DNA from: Gammaproteobacteria bacterium | Lineage (GTDB): Bacteria > Pseudomonadota > Gammaproteobacteria > Eutrophobiales > Eutrophobiaceae | Direction: 5' to 3' | DNA: 64,000 nt | NCBI GenBank assembly: GCA_965222155.1 | Contig: CBDCTH010000012.1 | Coordinates: 960,001 to 1,024,000, forward strand | Part shown: positions 9,849 through 20,047 of the stretch, piece by piece | How positions within the stretch are numbered: the stretch's first letter is position 1 | Layout of the letters: each line of letters starts with the position of its first letter | Translations under genes and position numbers: made by a program | Notes under the pieces: model-generated | Seen by the model: only the letters and a program-made list of their open reading frames with translations | Told to the model about the DNA's origin: nothing | The model's database searches: none

Positions 9849-11093
9849 ATGTACAACCCATTCGAAGCATTTATCGGCCTGCGTTACGTCAGGGCCAAGC
9901 GGCGTAACCATTTCATTTCGTTTATATCCCTGATATCGATGCTGGGTATTGCTATTGGGGTATTGGCATTGATTACGGTACTGTCTGTTATGAACGGGTT
10001 CCAGAAAGAGTTGACCGGTCGCATACTGGCGATGGCCTCCCATGCGACCGTGGTTCGGGATAGTGGCGCCATCAACGATTGGCAGGCAGTGGCCATGCGC
10101 CTCAACCAGCAGCCTGAAATAGTCGGGGTAGCGCCTTATTTTCGCGCAGAAGGGATGCTGGTCCATGAACACAGGGTGCACGGGGTGGTATTGCGCGGCA
10201 TCCTGCCCGAGCAGGAAAAAACAGTATCCCTGATAGCGGAAAAGATGCAGTCGGGCGAGTTCTCCGGACTGCAGCCGGGTCAATTCGGCATGATAATCGG
10301 TTCTGAAGCGGCCCGGAGTCTGGGAGTCATACCGGGCGCTACGATTACGCTGGTTGCTCCCCAGGCTGTCAGTGCATCTGCCGGCATCCTGCCCCGGTTA
10401 AAACGGTTTACAATCAGCGGCATATTTACCGCAGGAATGCATGAGTTTGACAGTGGCCTGGCCTTGATCCACCTGGAAGACGCCTTGCTGCTGTTTGACC
10501 AGGCAGGGCCTGCGGGGCTGAGACTGAAGACCAGTGACGTTATGCAGGCCCCCCGCATCAGCAGGGAGGCAATGCAGGCTGTTTCCGGGCATTATGAGAT
10601 CATGGACTGGACCCGCAGGCACGCCACTTTTTTCCGCGCACTGAAGACGGAGAAGCGGGTGATGACGGTTATCCTGGCGTTGATCATTGCGGTAGCCGCA
10701 TTCAACGTCATTGCGACCCTGATGATGGTGGTTACCGATAAACAGGCGGATATCGCCGTATTGCGTACCCTGGGAGCGGGTTCGAACAGCATCATGAAGA
10801 TTTTTATTATTCAGGGTACGGTGATCGGGCTGGTCGGCATCATCCTCGGTGTGCTGGGCGGGGTTTGGCTGGCTGACAATATCAACGCCATCATTACCGC
10901 TGTAGAACAGTTCCTGAACGTCAGGTTCCTGTCCCCGGATGTGTATTATATCAGTGAACTGCCTTCCGACCTGCGCTGGCAAGACGTGACTGTGACGGCG
11001 CTGCTGGCATTCCTGTTTGCCGTAGCCGGCACAATTTATCCGGCCTGGCGGGCGGCGCAGGTGCAACCGGCAACGGCGCTGAGATATGAATAG
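9849..11093 (+). CDS. lolC: Lipoprotein-releasing ABC transporter permease (LolC/E family)
   Basis: IGLRYVRAKRRNHFISFIS, LSVMNGF, DIAVLRTLG, YPAWRAA..PA.ALRYE. Confidence 0.9.
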   Translation: MYNPFEAFIGLRYVRAKRRNHFISFISLISMLGIAIGVLALITVLSVMNGFQKELTGRILAMASHATVVRDSGAINDWQAVAMRLNQQPEIVGVAPYFRAEGMLVHEHRVHGVVLRGILPEQEKTVSLIAEKMQSGEFSGLQPGQFGMIIGSEAARSLGVIPGATITLVAPQAVSASAGILPRLKRFTISGIFTAGMHEFDSGLALIHLEDALLLFDQAGPAGLRLKTSDVMQAPRISREAMQAVSGHYEIMDWTRRHATFFRALKTEKRVMTVILALIIAVAAFNVIATLMMVVTDKQADIAVLRTLGAGSNSIMKIFIIQGTVIGLVGIILGVLGGVWLADNINAIITAVEQFLNVRFLSPDVYYISELPSDLRWQDVTVTALLAFLFAVAGTIYPAWRAAQVQPATALRYE

Positions 11094-12339
11094 GCTCTTC
11101 AACTCTTATCAGGTCTTTATCGGTCTGCGTTACGTCATGTCCAAGCGCCGCAATCGGTTTATTTCGTTCATCTCACTCATCTCGGTGCTGAGCATTGCCC
11201 TGGGTGTCATCGTATTGACCACGGTCTTATCGGTGATCAATGGCTTTGAGCGAGTACTGACCGAACATCTTATCGGCATGGAAGCCGAAGCAACCGTTAT
11301 CGGCTATGACGACTCGTTGCAGGACTGGAAGGAGGTCGCGCACCGGGCCAGACAGCATCCGGGAATAAGCGGCGTGGCCCCTTACGTGGAGTCTGAGGGT
11401 ATGGTAACGTTGAATGAGCAGGTCAAGGGCGTACTCGTGCGGGGGATATTGCCTGAACTGGAGCCCCAGGTGTCTTTTATCACGGAAAAAATGACCGTCG
11501 GGGAACTGGGTGCGCTGGCGCCTGGAGATTTCGGGGTTATCCTGGGTGCGGACTTGATGGATATTTTGGATGCGAACCCAGGGGACAGGATCACGCTGGT
11601 CTCTCCGTCCGCCATGGTCACGCCCGCCGGCATTATGCCCAGGCTCAAACGGTTTACCGTGGTAGGGGTCTATGATACTGACATGTATGAATTTGACAGT
11701 ACCATCATGTTTACCCACCTGGACGATGCCGCCCGGTTTTTTCGCAGCGGCAGTCCCACCGGCCTGCGCTTGAAAACCAGTGACGTGATGCGGGCGCCCC
11801 AGATAAGCAGGGAAGCATTCCGGGGAGTGCCCGGACGCTACGGCGTTATCGACTGGACACAGCGGCATGTGAATTATTTCCTTTCCATACAAATGACAAA
11901 AAAGATGATGTTCGTCATACTGGTGTTGATCATTGCCGTAGCGACCTTCAATATCATCTCGACCCTGATGATGGCGGTGACGGACAAACAAGCCGATATT
12001 GCGGTGTTGCGCACCCTGGGAGTGGCCCCGAAGGATGTCATGAAGATATTCATCATTCAGGGTGCGGCGCTGGGTGGCGCAGGCATCATTCTGGGCATGA
12101 TCGGCGGTGTCGGCCTGGCCGGTAATATCGATATAATCGTGGCGGGGATAGAGCATTACCTGCAAATTAAATTTTTATCACCCGAGGTGTATTTCATCAG
12201 TGAATTGCCCTCTGACTTACATTGGATGGACGTCTTTGTGACGGCGGGAGCAGCCTTTTTGTTTGCCGTACTGGCGACGTTATACCCGGCCTGGCGGGCG
12301 GCGCAGACCCAACCTGCGGAGGCGCTCCGCTATGAATAA
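11086..12339 (+). CDS. lolE: Second lipoprotein-releasing ABC transporter permease (LolC/E family)
   Basis: Same motifs; closely colinear with the upstream paralog. Confidence 0.88.
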   Translation: MNRLFNSYQVFIGLRYVMSKRRNRFISFISLISVLSIALGVIVLTTVLSVINGFERVLTEHLIGMEAEATVIGYDDSLQDWKEVAHRARQHPGISGVAPYVESEGMVTLNEQVKGVLVRGILPELEPQVSFITEKMTVGELGALAPGDFGVILGADLMDILDANPGDRITLVSPSAMVTPAGIMPRLKRFTVVGVYDTDMYEFDSTIMFTHLDDAARFFRSGSPTGLRLKTSDVMRAPQISREAFRGVPGRYGVIDWTQRHVNYFLSIQMTKKMMFVILVLIIAVATFNIISTLMMAVTDKQADIAVLRTLGVAPKDVMKIFIIQGAALGGAGIILGMIGGVGLAGNIDIIVAGIEHYLQIKFLSPEVYFISELPSDLHWMDVFVTAGAAFLFAVLATLYPAWRAAQTQPAEALRYE

Positions 12340-12422
12340 CGCGGTAGTCCCGGCCTGCTCCCGGTTGATTACACGGGGACGGAATTTAATTCCGTCTCCT
12401 TTTCCCCCTGGTTTCCTGAGGC

Positions 12423-13106
12423 ATGAGTAATCCGGTTGCATTGGCCTGTTCCGGGTTGAGGAAGACCTTCAGTGAAGGGAATCTCCATGTCGAGGTATTA
12501 AAAGGGGTTAACCTGGAGGTAAACGACGGCAGTTGCATAGGGATCGCCGGTTCGTCCGGTTCGGGCAAGAGTACCTTGCTGCACCTGCTGGGTGGACTGG
12601 ATAAACCCAGCGCCGGTGAAGTGACGCTGGACGGCGTCTCCCTGGCGGCGCTGTCTGAAGCGGAGATCAGCCGTTTACGTAATCAGAAACTGGGTTTTGT
12701 CTACCAGTTCCATCACTTGCTGCCGGAATTTACCGCCCTGGAGAACGTCGCGATGCCGTTGCTGGTAAGAGGAGAGACCCCGCAAACAGCCAGGGATGCC
12801 GCAGTTGAAATGCTGGCGCAGGTGGGATTAAAACAGCGCCTGCAACATAAACCCGGAGAATTATCGGGGGGAGAACGGCAGCGGGCAGCCATAGCCCGGG
12901 CGCTGGTGAACCGTCCCCGCTGTGTTCTGGCGGATGAACCCACCGGCAACCTGGATGAACAGACCGCAACCCGGGTTTTTTCGGTTATGCTGGAACTGAA
13001 CAAGGCGCACGGTATCAGCCTGGTCATGGTCACCCACAATACCCGGCTGCTGGATAGCCTGGACCGGGTGTATGAGTTGAGTGAGGGAATATTACATGTG
13101 AGGTAA
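12423..13106 (+). CDS. lolD: Lipoprotein-releasing ABC transporter ATPase
   Basis: [36 protein letters not shown]. Confidence 0.95.
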   Translation: MSNPVALACSGLRKTFSEGNLHVEVLKGVNLEVNDGSCIGIAGSSGSGKSTLLHLLGGLDKPSAGEVTLDGVSLAALSEAEISRLRNQKLGFVYQFHHLLPEFTALENVAMPLLVRGETPQTARDAAVEMLAQVGLKQRLQHKPGELSGGERQRAAIARALVNRPRCVLADEPTGNLDEQTATRVFSVMLELNKAHGISLVMVTHNTRLLDSLDRVYELSEGILHVR

Positions 13107-13149
13107 CGGGTATCAGGCCAGGGGACCTGTTGTTTATCGGGTAATGTAA

Positions 13150-13327
13150 CAGGTGCTCCCGCTAAATCGAGGTCAATACAGTGATTATTGCCGGATTCGA
13201 AGACAGCGGGGACAGATTTAAATCTGTCCCCCCAGGAGTCACGGGGCCTGTTTCCCTGGGAGGGAGGGCGTCTCGCCCTCCACGAGGGCAGGATGCCCTC
13301 GATCCCGGGAGTTAGCAGGAACTGCTG
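13150..13327. mobile_element. MITE family A copy 1 (178 bp, 9-bp TSD)
   Basis: Ends caggtgctcccgctaa / ttagcaggaactgctg; TSD gtaatgtaa at 13141-13149 and 13328-13336; near-identical inverted copy at 43534-43709. Confidence 0.9.
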
Positions 13328-13412
13328 GTAATGTAAACTCAGGGTTGGTGAACCCGCCAGGGAGATGATATTCTCAATAGCAGGAAACTGATTACATAAC
13401 AGGGATCGCATC

Positions 13413-15719
13413 GTGTTCTTCAAGGGATTGTTATTTCTCTCAGGCGTTATTATCTGTACCCGCCTGCCTGTATTGCCCCATTTCTGGTTTGCATTTGGGT
13501 TACCGCCGGTTCTCTACCTGAGTTGGAGGTATAGCTGGTGTCGATTTCCGGGCCTGGTCGCCGCCGGTTTTCTCTGGGCGCTGTTGAATGCCCACCTGTT
13601 GTTGGACCATGAATTACTGCCCCGGGACGAAGGCAAGTCGCTGTACGCAGAGGGGATGGTTATCTCACTACCCGAGACGAATACCCAATCCGTCCGCTTC
13701 AATTTCCGTATTGACAGACTCATGCACCGTGGTCAGCCGGTTGAATCAAATCCCGGCAGGGTGAGGTTGAGCTGGTATAAAGGCCATCAACCGTTGCAGC
13801 CCGGTGAGACGTGGCGCCTCAGGATAAGACTGAAACGACCTCACGGATTCATGAATCCGGGCGGCTTTTATTATGAGTCCTGGTTGTTTCAAAATCGATT
13901 GCGGGCGACAGGGTATGTGGTTGATGACAAGGGCAATACCAGGCTGAATGAAGCCGCCGGGTACAACCCCGATTTTGTTCGGTTTGTGATAAGAAATAAA
14001 ATCCGGGAGGCGCTCCCGCCCGATAAGCTGGCGGGGTTTATCCCCGCATTGGCTATCGGCGACAGGAGTGGTCTCAGCGATGCGCAATGGCGGGTATTGA
14101 CGGCAACCGGCACCAATCACCTCATTGCCATTTCCGGCTTGCATATCGGTCTGGTGGCGGGCTTCGCCTACCTGCTGACGCTACCGGCTTGGGGTTGGTT
14201 GCGGATATCCGTTCCTGCCATCAGGCTTGCGGCGGCGGGAGCCATGTTCACTGCCCTGGTCTATGCGTTGCTGGCAGGTTTTTCACTCCCTACGCAACGC
14301 GCGCTGGTTATGGTCTGGGTATATTTCGGCATGAAGTTATACGACCGGACGATCATATCGAGCGACGTGCTTGGAATAGCGCTGTTCGCGGTTCTGATAA
14401 GAGACCCGTTCGCCCCCCTGTCCGCCAGTTTCTGGTTGTCCTTCGGCGCCGTGGCGGTGATACTTTACGGTATCAGTTACCGGGTCAATCCCCGGCGTCC
14501 GCGGTTGCAGGAATGGGGCAGGGTCCAGTACATCGTCAGTATGGGTTTGGCGCCCGCGCTGGCGTTATATTACCAGCAAATCCCGATATTCAGCCTGTTC
14601 GCGAATATGCTGGCGGTGCCATGGGTCAGCTTTATCGTCATCCCTCTTATCCTCGGCGGTTGCATGCTGTTGTTCATCCAGGTGGAATGGCTGCTGGAGC
14701 TTGCCCTGACGTCGCTGCAGGTCCTCTGGTGGACACTGAATTTGTTCATGCAATGGGAATTCCACTTGCTCCCCGTCGCCCGTCCCGGACTGATGACCAT
14801 GATCGTCATCAGCGCCGGCATCCTGATCCTGCTTCTGCCCCGTGGAATTACACCGAGGTGGCTGGGACTGATCTGGCTTATCCCATTGTTTTTTCCCCAC
14901 AAACCGGGGCTGTCATTCGGTGAAGCCGGCATGACCGTGCTGGACGTAGGGCAGGGGCTTGCCGTGGTAGTGAGCACGCAAAAGCATAACCTGCTCTACG
15001 ATACCGGCCCGGCTTATGCTTCCGGCTTTAATACAGGCACAGCAGTGGTATTGCCTTTTTTACGGAGCTCAGGCATCAACGCGCTGGATCTGCTGGTGCA
15101 AAGTCATGGCGACAATGATCATATCGGCGGGTTACAAGGCCTCATTGGTGAAATACCCATATCCCGGGTCATCAGCAGTGTGCCGGGCCGGATACCGCAC
15201 CAACAGGTCCGGGATTGTCGTGACGGTCAATCCTGGTACTGGGATGGTGTCTATTTTCAGGTATTACATCCTGCCGAAGCCATGAATCTGTCTGCGAATG
15301 ATCGCTCCTGTGTAGTACGGATAAGCGCGCGCGACCTGACCCTGTTGTTGCCCGGAGACATTGAGAAAAGCGCGGAGCGGAGTCTGGTGCAGCGCCATGG
15401 CGCCGGGTTGCGCTCCGACGTGGTCGTGGCGCCCCATCACGGTAGCAAAACCTCTTCAACCCGGGAGTTCATCAGGGCCGTTTCACCGGATATCGCCATA
15501 ATTCCGGCAGGTTACAGGAATCGCTTCAATTTACCCAATCAGGATATAATTTCCCGTTACCGGGAACATGGGACCAGACTGTTGAATACGGCTGAGAGCG
15601 GAGCAATTCACGTCAATGCGACTCAGGCAGGAATACAAGTGATGACGCATAGGGAAAAACAACGCCGCTTCTGGCATACTATTGTACTGAAGAGGGCAGG
15701 CGATCGTGACGGATCATAA
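13413..15719 (+). CDS. comEC: DNA internalization competence protein ComEC/Rec2
   Basis: HLIAISGLHIG, LDVGQG, YDTG, SHGDNDHIGG, PHHGSKTSS. Confidence 0.95.
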   Translation: MFFKGLLFLSGVIICTRLPVLPHFWFAFGLPPVLYLSWRYSWCRFPGLVAAGFLWALLNAHLLLDHELLPRDEGKSLYAEGMVISLPETNTQSVRFNFRIDRLMHRGQPVESNPGRVRLSWYKGHQPLQPGETWRLRIRLKRPHGFMNPGGFYYESWLFQNRLRATGYVVDDKGNTRLNEAAGYNPDFVRFVIRNKIREALPPDKLAGFIPALAIGDRSGLSDAQWRVLTATGTNHLIAISGLHIGLVAGFAYLLTLPAWGWLRISVPAIRLAAAGAMFTALVYALLAGFSLPTQRALVMVWVYFGMKLYDRTIISSDVLGIALFAVLIRDPFAPLSASFWLSFGAVAVILYGISYRVNPRRPRLQEWGRVQYIVSMGLAPALALYYQQIPIFSLFANMLAVPWVSFIVIPLILGGCMLLFIQVEWLLELALTSLQVLWWTLNLFMQWEFHLLPVARPGLMTMIVISAGILILLLPRGITPRWLGLIWLIPLFFPHKPGLSFGEAGMTVLDVGQGLAVVVSTQKHNLLYDTGPAYASGFNTGTAVVLPFLRSSGINALDLLVQSHGDNDHIGGLQGLIGEIPISRVISSVPGRIPHQQVRDCRDGQSWYWDGVYFQVLHPAEAMNLSANDRSCVVRISARDLTLLLPGDIEKSAERSLVQRHGAGLRSDVVVAPHHGSKTSSTREFIRAVSPDIAIIPAGYRNRFNLPNQDIISRYREHGTRLLNTAESGAIHVNATQAGIQVMTHREKQRRFWHTIVLKRAGDRDGS

Positions 15720-15757
15720 TATTGCTACTCCCACAAGCTCCAGCACTTGCCAGAGTA

Positions 15758-15981
15758 AGGTTTTGGAGGCTGTTTTGATATGCACCCTCCCTGGCGCACA
15801 CCCTACGGGCGTCCTTCGGACGTCCAAATCTGCTCCTGGCAGATTTGTGGAGTGACTAGCGTCAGAGCCTGCCCCTGCATGCCGTAAGCAGGGGGACGAG
15901 CGCGGGACGGGCCAGAGCTTGCCCCTGCATGTCGTAAGCAGGGGGATGGCCCTAGGAACGTAACAACAGCCTCCAAAACCT
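15758..15981. mobile_element. Composite miniature inverted-repeat element
   Basis: 17-bp terminal IR aggttttggaggctgtt / aacagcctccaaaacct; internal stacked hairpins and two copies of cccctgcatg(c/t)cgtaagcagggg; no clear TSD. Confidence 0.65.
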
Positions 15982-16047
15982 GGTTACAGGAGTCGCTATG
16001 CCGACCCGTTTTTACGTTATGATTAATTGGAGATGCAGGAGGATTGA

Positions 16048-16656
16048 GTGCTTGAATTAATTAAATCCGGTGGTTTTTTGATATGGCCGTTGCTGCTGTG
16101 CTCGATTATTTCATTGGCGATTATTGCCGAACGGTTCTGGTCACTGCAAACAAAACGCATCATTTCCACGAACCTTGTGATCAAGGTGTGGGAATGGAAT
16201 AAAAAAGGTGTCCTGAATGCGCGTCACATTGAGGAACTGAGAAAAGATTCACCACTGGGAAAGGTTCTGGCGGCCGGGCTGGTCAACAGGAAGCACGACC
16301 GGGAAGTCATGAAGGAAAGTATTGAAGAAGTCGGACACCACGTGGCCCATGACCTGGAACGCTTCCTCAATACCCTGGGCACTATAGCGTCAATATCACC
16401 CTTGTTGGGATTATTGGGTACGGTTGTCGGCATGATCAAGGTGTTTGCCGTCATAACGGCACAAGGAGTGGGTGACCCGAGTGTCCTGGCCGAGGGAATT
16501 TCCGAAGCGCTGATTACCACGGCCGTGGGGTTGACCGTAGCGATACCGTCATTGATGTTTTATCGGTATTTCCGCGGGCGGGTGGATGAACTGGTGGTAA
16601 CCATGGAACAGGAAGCACTGAAAATGGTCGAGAACATGCACGGGGAGCGAGAGTGA
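16048..16656 (+). CDS. exbB: MotA/TolQ/ExbB proton channel protein
   Basis: LGTIASISPLLGLLGTVVGMI, ISEALITTAVGL. Confidence 0.9.
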   Translation: MLELIKSGGFLIWPLLLCSIISLAIIAERFWSLQTKRIISTNLVIKVWEWNKKGVLNARHIEELRKDSPLGKVLAAGLVNRKHDREVMKESIEEVGHHVAHDLERFLNTLGTIASISPLLGLLGTVVGMIKVFAVITAQGVGDPSVLAEGISEALITTAVGLTVAIPSLMFYRYFRGRVDELVVTMEQEALKMVENMHGERE

Positions 16657-17069
16657 ATTTTCGTTCACAACGTCACAGCGAAACGGACATCAATATCACC
16701 CCGCTTATCGACGTGGTGTTTTTATTGCTGATCTTCTTTATGGTTTCCACTACGTTCGAACGCGAATCGGAGCTAAAGATAACCTTGCCGGAAGCCTCGG
16801 AAGAACAGGTGGAGGCGAAGCCGGACCTCATCCTGGTCAGGATCGACGCCAATGAGCAGATTTATATTGGCGATAAACCCCTGGTAAACACGAAAGTTTC
16901 CACTATCGGCGCGGCACTGAAGGAACAGGCGCGGGCACTGACCGACCTGCCGGTGATTATCCGCGCCGATGCAGAAGTCAGTCATCAGATAGTGATTAAG
17001 GTGATGGATGCCGCGCGACAATCCGGCCTGGTTAATATCACATTTGCGACACGAGTCCTGGAAGAATAA
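16653..17069 (+). CDS. exbD: ExbD/TolR biopolymer transport protein
   Basis: INITPLIDVVFLLLIFFMV, IIRADA. Confidence 0.92.
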   Translation: MNFRSQRHSETDINITPLIDVVFLLLIFFMVSTTFERESELKITLPEASEEQVEAKPDLILVRIDANEQIYIGDKPLVNTKVSTIGAALKEQARALTDLPVIIRADAEVSHQIVIKVMDAARQSGLVNITFATRVLEE

Positions 17070-17089
17070 ACCGCATATTTGGGGTCATA

Positions 17090-17166
17090 TTTGGGATCAG
17101 AGTAAAAATACTCAATATCGAACCGGCGCCACTGATCACAGATTGTATTTTTACTCTGACCCCAAA
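17090..17166. repeat. Small inverted-repeat element (GGGGTCAGAGTAAA type)
   Basis: tttgggatcagagtaaaaatac ... gtatttttactctgaccccaaa. Confidence 0.7.
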
Positions 17167-17180
17167 CATTACCAAACATT

Positions 17181-18194
17181 ATGGATTGTCAACCAGGCAC
17201 GCTCCGGTTCCGTATAGAAGCCCTCTGGTACGGTCGCCATCCGTTAACCGTGCTGTTGCTACCATTCAGTTGGTTATATCGTCTGGCGCTGACCTGCCGC
17301 AGGTTCATCTATGCAGCCGGTGTGTTACCCGTTCGCAGGCTTGCCGCACCGGTCATCGTCGTGGGAAACCTGACGGTCGGCGGAACCGGTAAAACTCCAC
17401 TTGTCATCTGGCTGGCCCGCTACCTGCAATCCCTGGATTATAAACCGGGCATCATCAGCAGAGGCTATGCCGGTGCGCAGGAAAAACGGCCGCGGCGGGT
17501 CGAACCTGACAGTGATCCGGACTTGGTGGGCGATGAGCCGGTATTACTGGCGCAACGAACCGGGTGCCCGGTTGCCGTAGCGCCTGACCGGGTAAAAGCC
17601 GCGCAGGAACTTCTACGGCAGACGGATTGCAATATCCTGCTGAGTGACGATGGCCTGCAACATACCTCCCTTGGCCGGGATATTGAAATTGCCGTCATCG
17701 ACGGTGTGCGCCGCTTCGGCAATCGCCACTGTCTTCCTGCCGGCCCGTTACGCGAACCGCTGACTCGATTGAATTCGGTGGACCTCATCGTCGCCAACGG
17801 CAACGCGGCAGCAGATGAATTTCTTATGGAATATACCGGCCTGCCGGTAAAATCCCTGGATGGCCGGCAGCACAGGGAGTTGTCCCATTTCAGCCAACAA
17901 ACCGTGCATGCCGTCGCTGCTATCGGCAACCCTGAGCAATTCTTTTCCATGTTACGGCATAATGGCATTAATATTGAGCAGCATGTGTTTCCCGATCACT
18001 ATGGCTTCAAGCAGTCCGATCTTGAATTTGGCGATGCCTGCGCCATACTGATGACCGAAAAAGACGCGGTCAAATGCCGCCGCTATGGGCTTGAGAATGC
18101 CTGGTATGTGCCGATAGATGTGAAACTGCCCGAAACTTTTGGACGTAACCTCAGATTGTTATTAGCCCGGATTTCTCACCAGGGGATGCGATGA
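17181..18194 (+). CDS. lpxK: Tetraacyldisaccharide 4'-kinase
   Basis: VVGNLTVGGTGKTP, GDEP, DDGLQH, PAGPLRE, FPDHY, MTEKDAVK; last codons come from an inserted element. Confidence 0.95.
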   Translation: MDCQPGTLRFRIEALWYGRHPLTVLLLPFSWLYRLALTCRRFIYAAGVLPVRRLAAPVIVVGNLTVGGTGKTPLVIWLARYLQSLDYKPGIISRGYAGAQEKRPRRVEPDSDPDLVGDEPVLLAQRTGCPVAVAPDRVKAAQELLRQTDCNILLSDDGLQHTSLGRDIEIAVIDGVRRFGNRHCLPAGPLREPLTRLNSVDLIVANGNAAADEFLMEYTGLPVKSLDGRQHRELSHFSQQTVHAVAAIGNPEQFFSMLRHNGINIEQHVFPDHYGFKQSDLEFGDACAILMTEKDAVKCRRYGLENAWYVPIDVKLPETFGRNLRLLLARISHQGMR

Positions 18195-18608
18195 TTGCGC
18201 CGGATTTTTGCCTTCAGTGGGTACCTGCGACCGAAAGCATAGTCATTCTTCTGGTTGAGGGAGCATGTGCCCACTGAAGGCAAAAAGACAAGCAAGGGGG
18301 CATCAAGCGCAGTCTGTTATGGCGAAATCAGGGCAAACGCATACTTTTGGATTCTGCCGTAGATGGCAGGAATCCGGTCGTAAAACGCGGCCCGTCGTTC
18401 CGGCGCAAGCCGGAATCCAGTGGGCAAGCTGCTTTTTTCATTATAACGAAGCGTTTTTCGACTGGATTCCGGCATTCGCCGGAATGACGAGGGCTTGGAT
18501 TCGAAAGTATGCGTTTGCCCTGATGGCGAAATAGTGAACATGCTATCATGACTCAGTGAAAGTGAACATATTTCTGATAGCAACTAGCGGCCTGGTGAGG
18601 AATCCGGG
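18166..18608. mobile_element. Outer MITE with IS1380-like ends, containing a nested ISAs1-type MITE
   Basis: cccggatttctcaccagg (18166) / cctggtgaggaatccggg (18608); internal IR tttttgccttcagtggg/cccactgaaggcaaaaa; related end at 21392. Confidence 0.7.
18329..18522. mobile_element. MITE family B copy 1 (ISAs1-like ends, 10-bp TSD) carrying a REP doublet
   Basis: TIR cagggcaaacgcatacttt / aaagtatgcgtttgccctg; TSD atggcgaaat at 18319-18328 and 18523-18532. Confidence 0.9.
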
Positions 18609-18624
18609 CTCGGGGAAGTGAGAC

Positions 18625-18816
18625 ATGGATAAAAATTTATTGGATATCCTGGTGTGCCCGGTGACCAAGGGCCCATTGATTTATGACAAATCAAAACAGG
18701 AGCTGATTTCAGTTGCCGCGCGTCTGGCCTATCCGGTTCGCGACGATATTCCCATTATGTTGGAAAGTGACGCCCGCACCCTGACCCAGGAAGAAGTGGA
18801 ACACTACAGAAAGTGA
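18625..18816 (+). CDS. ycaR: Trm112 family protein (YcaR)
   Basis: [14 protein letters not shown]...[13 protein letters not shown]; position between lpxK and kdsB. Confidence 0.93.
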   Translation: MDKNLLDILVCPVTKGPLIYDKSKQELISVAARLAYPVRDDIPIMLESDARTLTQEEVEHYRK

Positions 18817-19577
18817 AACGGGAATTTTTGGTGATTATTCCTGCCAGGTTCACCGCAGCGCGCCTGCCGGGAAAACCGTTAATCAATATCGGCGGGCTCC
18901 CGTTATTGCAGCATGTGTACCAGGCGGCCGTTAACAGCGCTGCGGCAGACGTCATCATAGCCACCGACGATGAAAGGATTGAAGCCGTTGCGGGGGGCTT
19001 TGCCGCCAAGGTCGTCATGACCTCGCCGTTACACCGCTCCGGGACGGACCGTATAGCCGAGGTCGTTACCCGCTTGCGGTTGCCGGGCGACAGCATCGTT
19101 GTCAATGTACAGGGGGATGAGCTTGATCTGCCGCCGGCATTGATTAACCAGGTTGCCGGTAACCTGGCCGCAAACAAGGACGCTTCCATGGCGAGCCTGC
19201 ATACGCCTGTTAAATCGGTGGCTGAACTGAATAACCCCAATTGCGTAAAAGTGGTGGTCGACCGCCAGGGCTATGCCCTGTTGTTCAGCCGTTCACCCAT
19301 CCCCTGGCGCGCGCCCGGCGCCGGCGCACGGGACACAGACTGCCGGCACATCGGAATTTATGCGTATACCTGCGATTTCCTGAAAACCTACACGGACCTG
19401 CCTGTAAGCGAACTTGAGCAAACGGAACGACTGGAACAGTTGCGGGCACTGTACCATGGTTTCCGGATCCATATGGAACTGGCGGCAGCGGAAACCGGCC
19501 TGGAGATCAATACCCCTGAGGACGTGAAATTGGCGCAAAGCCGTTATCTTGATAAATCCGCAGATGACGCAGATTAG
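18813..19577 (+). CDS. kdsB: 3-deoxy-manno-octulosonate cytidylyltransferase
   Basis: [42 protein letters not shown]. Confidence 0.95.
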   Translation: MKREFLVIIPARFTAARLPGKPLINIGGLPLLQHVYQAAVNSAAADVIIATDDERIEAVAGGFAAKVVMTSPLHRSGTDRIAEVVTRLRLPGDSIVVNVQGDELDLPPALINQVAGNLAANKDASMASLHTPVKSVAELNNPNCVKVVVDRQGYALLFSRSPIPWRAPGAGARDTDCRHIGIYAYTCDFLKTYTDLPVSELEQTERLEQLRALYHGFRIHMELAAAETGLEINTPEDVKLAQSRYLDKSADDAD

Positions 19578-19610
19578 CGCAAATGATGCAAATCTGCGTC
19601 ATCTGCGGAT
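19556..19610. terminator. 20-bp perfect inverted repeat between convergent kdsB and infA
   Basis: atccgcagatgacgcagatt ... aatctgcgtcatctgcggat followed by a T-rich tract. Confidence 0.65.
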
Positions 19611-19627
19611 AATTTTTTTGCGGGTGA

Positions 19628-19846
19628 CTATCTGTTGCGGTAGGTGATCCTGCCTTTTGACAGGTCATAAGGGGTCATTTCAACGGTGACGCGGTCCCCA
19701 GTGAGGATCCGAATATAGTTTTTTCGCATTTTTCCTGAAATATGGGCAGTTATGAGATGCCCGCTATCCAGTTTAACCCTGAACATGGTGTTCGGCAGAG
19801 TTTCGGTTATCGTCCCTTCCATTTCTATTTGATCTTCTTTAGGCAT
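19628..19846 (-). CDS. infA: Translation initiation factor IF-1
   Basis: [19 protein letters not shown]...[18 protein letters not shown]. Confidence 0.98.
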   Translation of the reverse strand: MPKEDQIEMEGTITETLPNTMFRVKLDSGHLITAHISGKMRKNYIRILTGDRVTVEMTPYDLSKGRITYRNR

Positions 19847-19940
19847 GGTTCCTCGTTGGTTAAAAAAATGGGATTATGTCTGAAAACCGGCTGTTTTACT
19901 AGAATTAGTATTTTCCAATATGAAATGAGCCATAAGCCCA

Positions 19941-19994
19941 TTTTTCATCCATAAAATATGCGGATAATCACGTTTTTCATCCATAAAACGTGAT
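19941..19994. promoter_or_regulatory. Putative operator array upstream of DUF4143 ATPase
   Basis: tttttcatccataaaa at 19941-19956 and 19973-19988 (32-bp period); second copy lies within palindrome atcacgtttt...aaaacgtgat. Confidence 0.55.
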
Positions 19995-20047
19995 CATACA
20001 CCATGTTCAGGTTATGATAGCGTCTCATACTACCAGGCAGACTTCCT

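Noticed and set aside
12713-13423. ORFs spanning MITEs (also 18265-18534, 43488-43697, 44261-44561)
   Set aside because: Translations of repeat DNA or antisense frames, not credible proteins.
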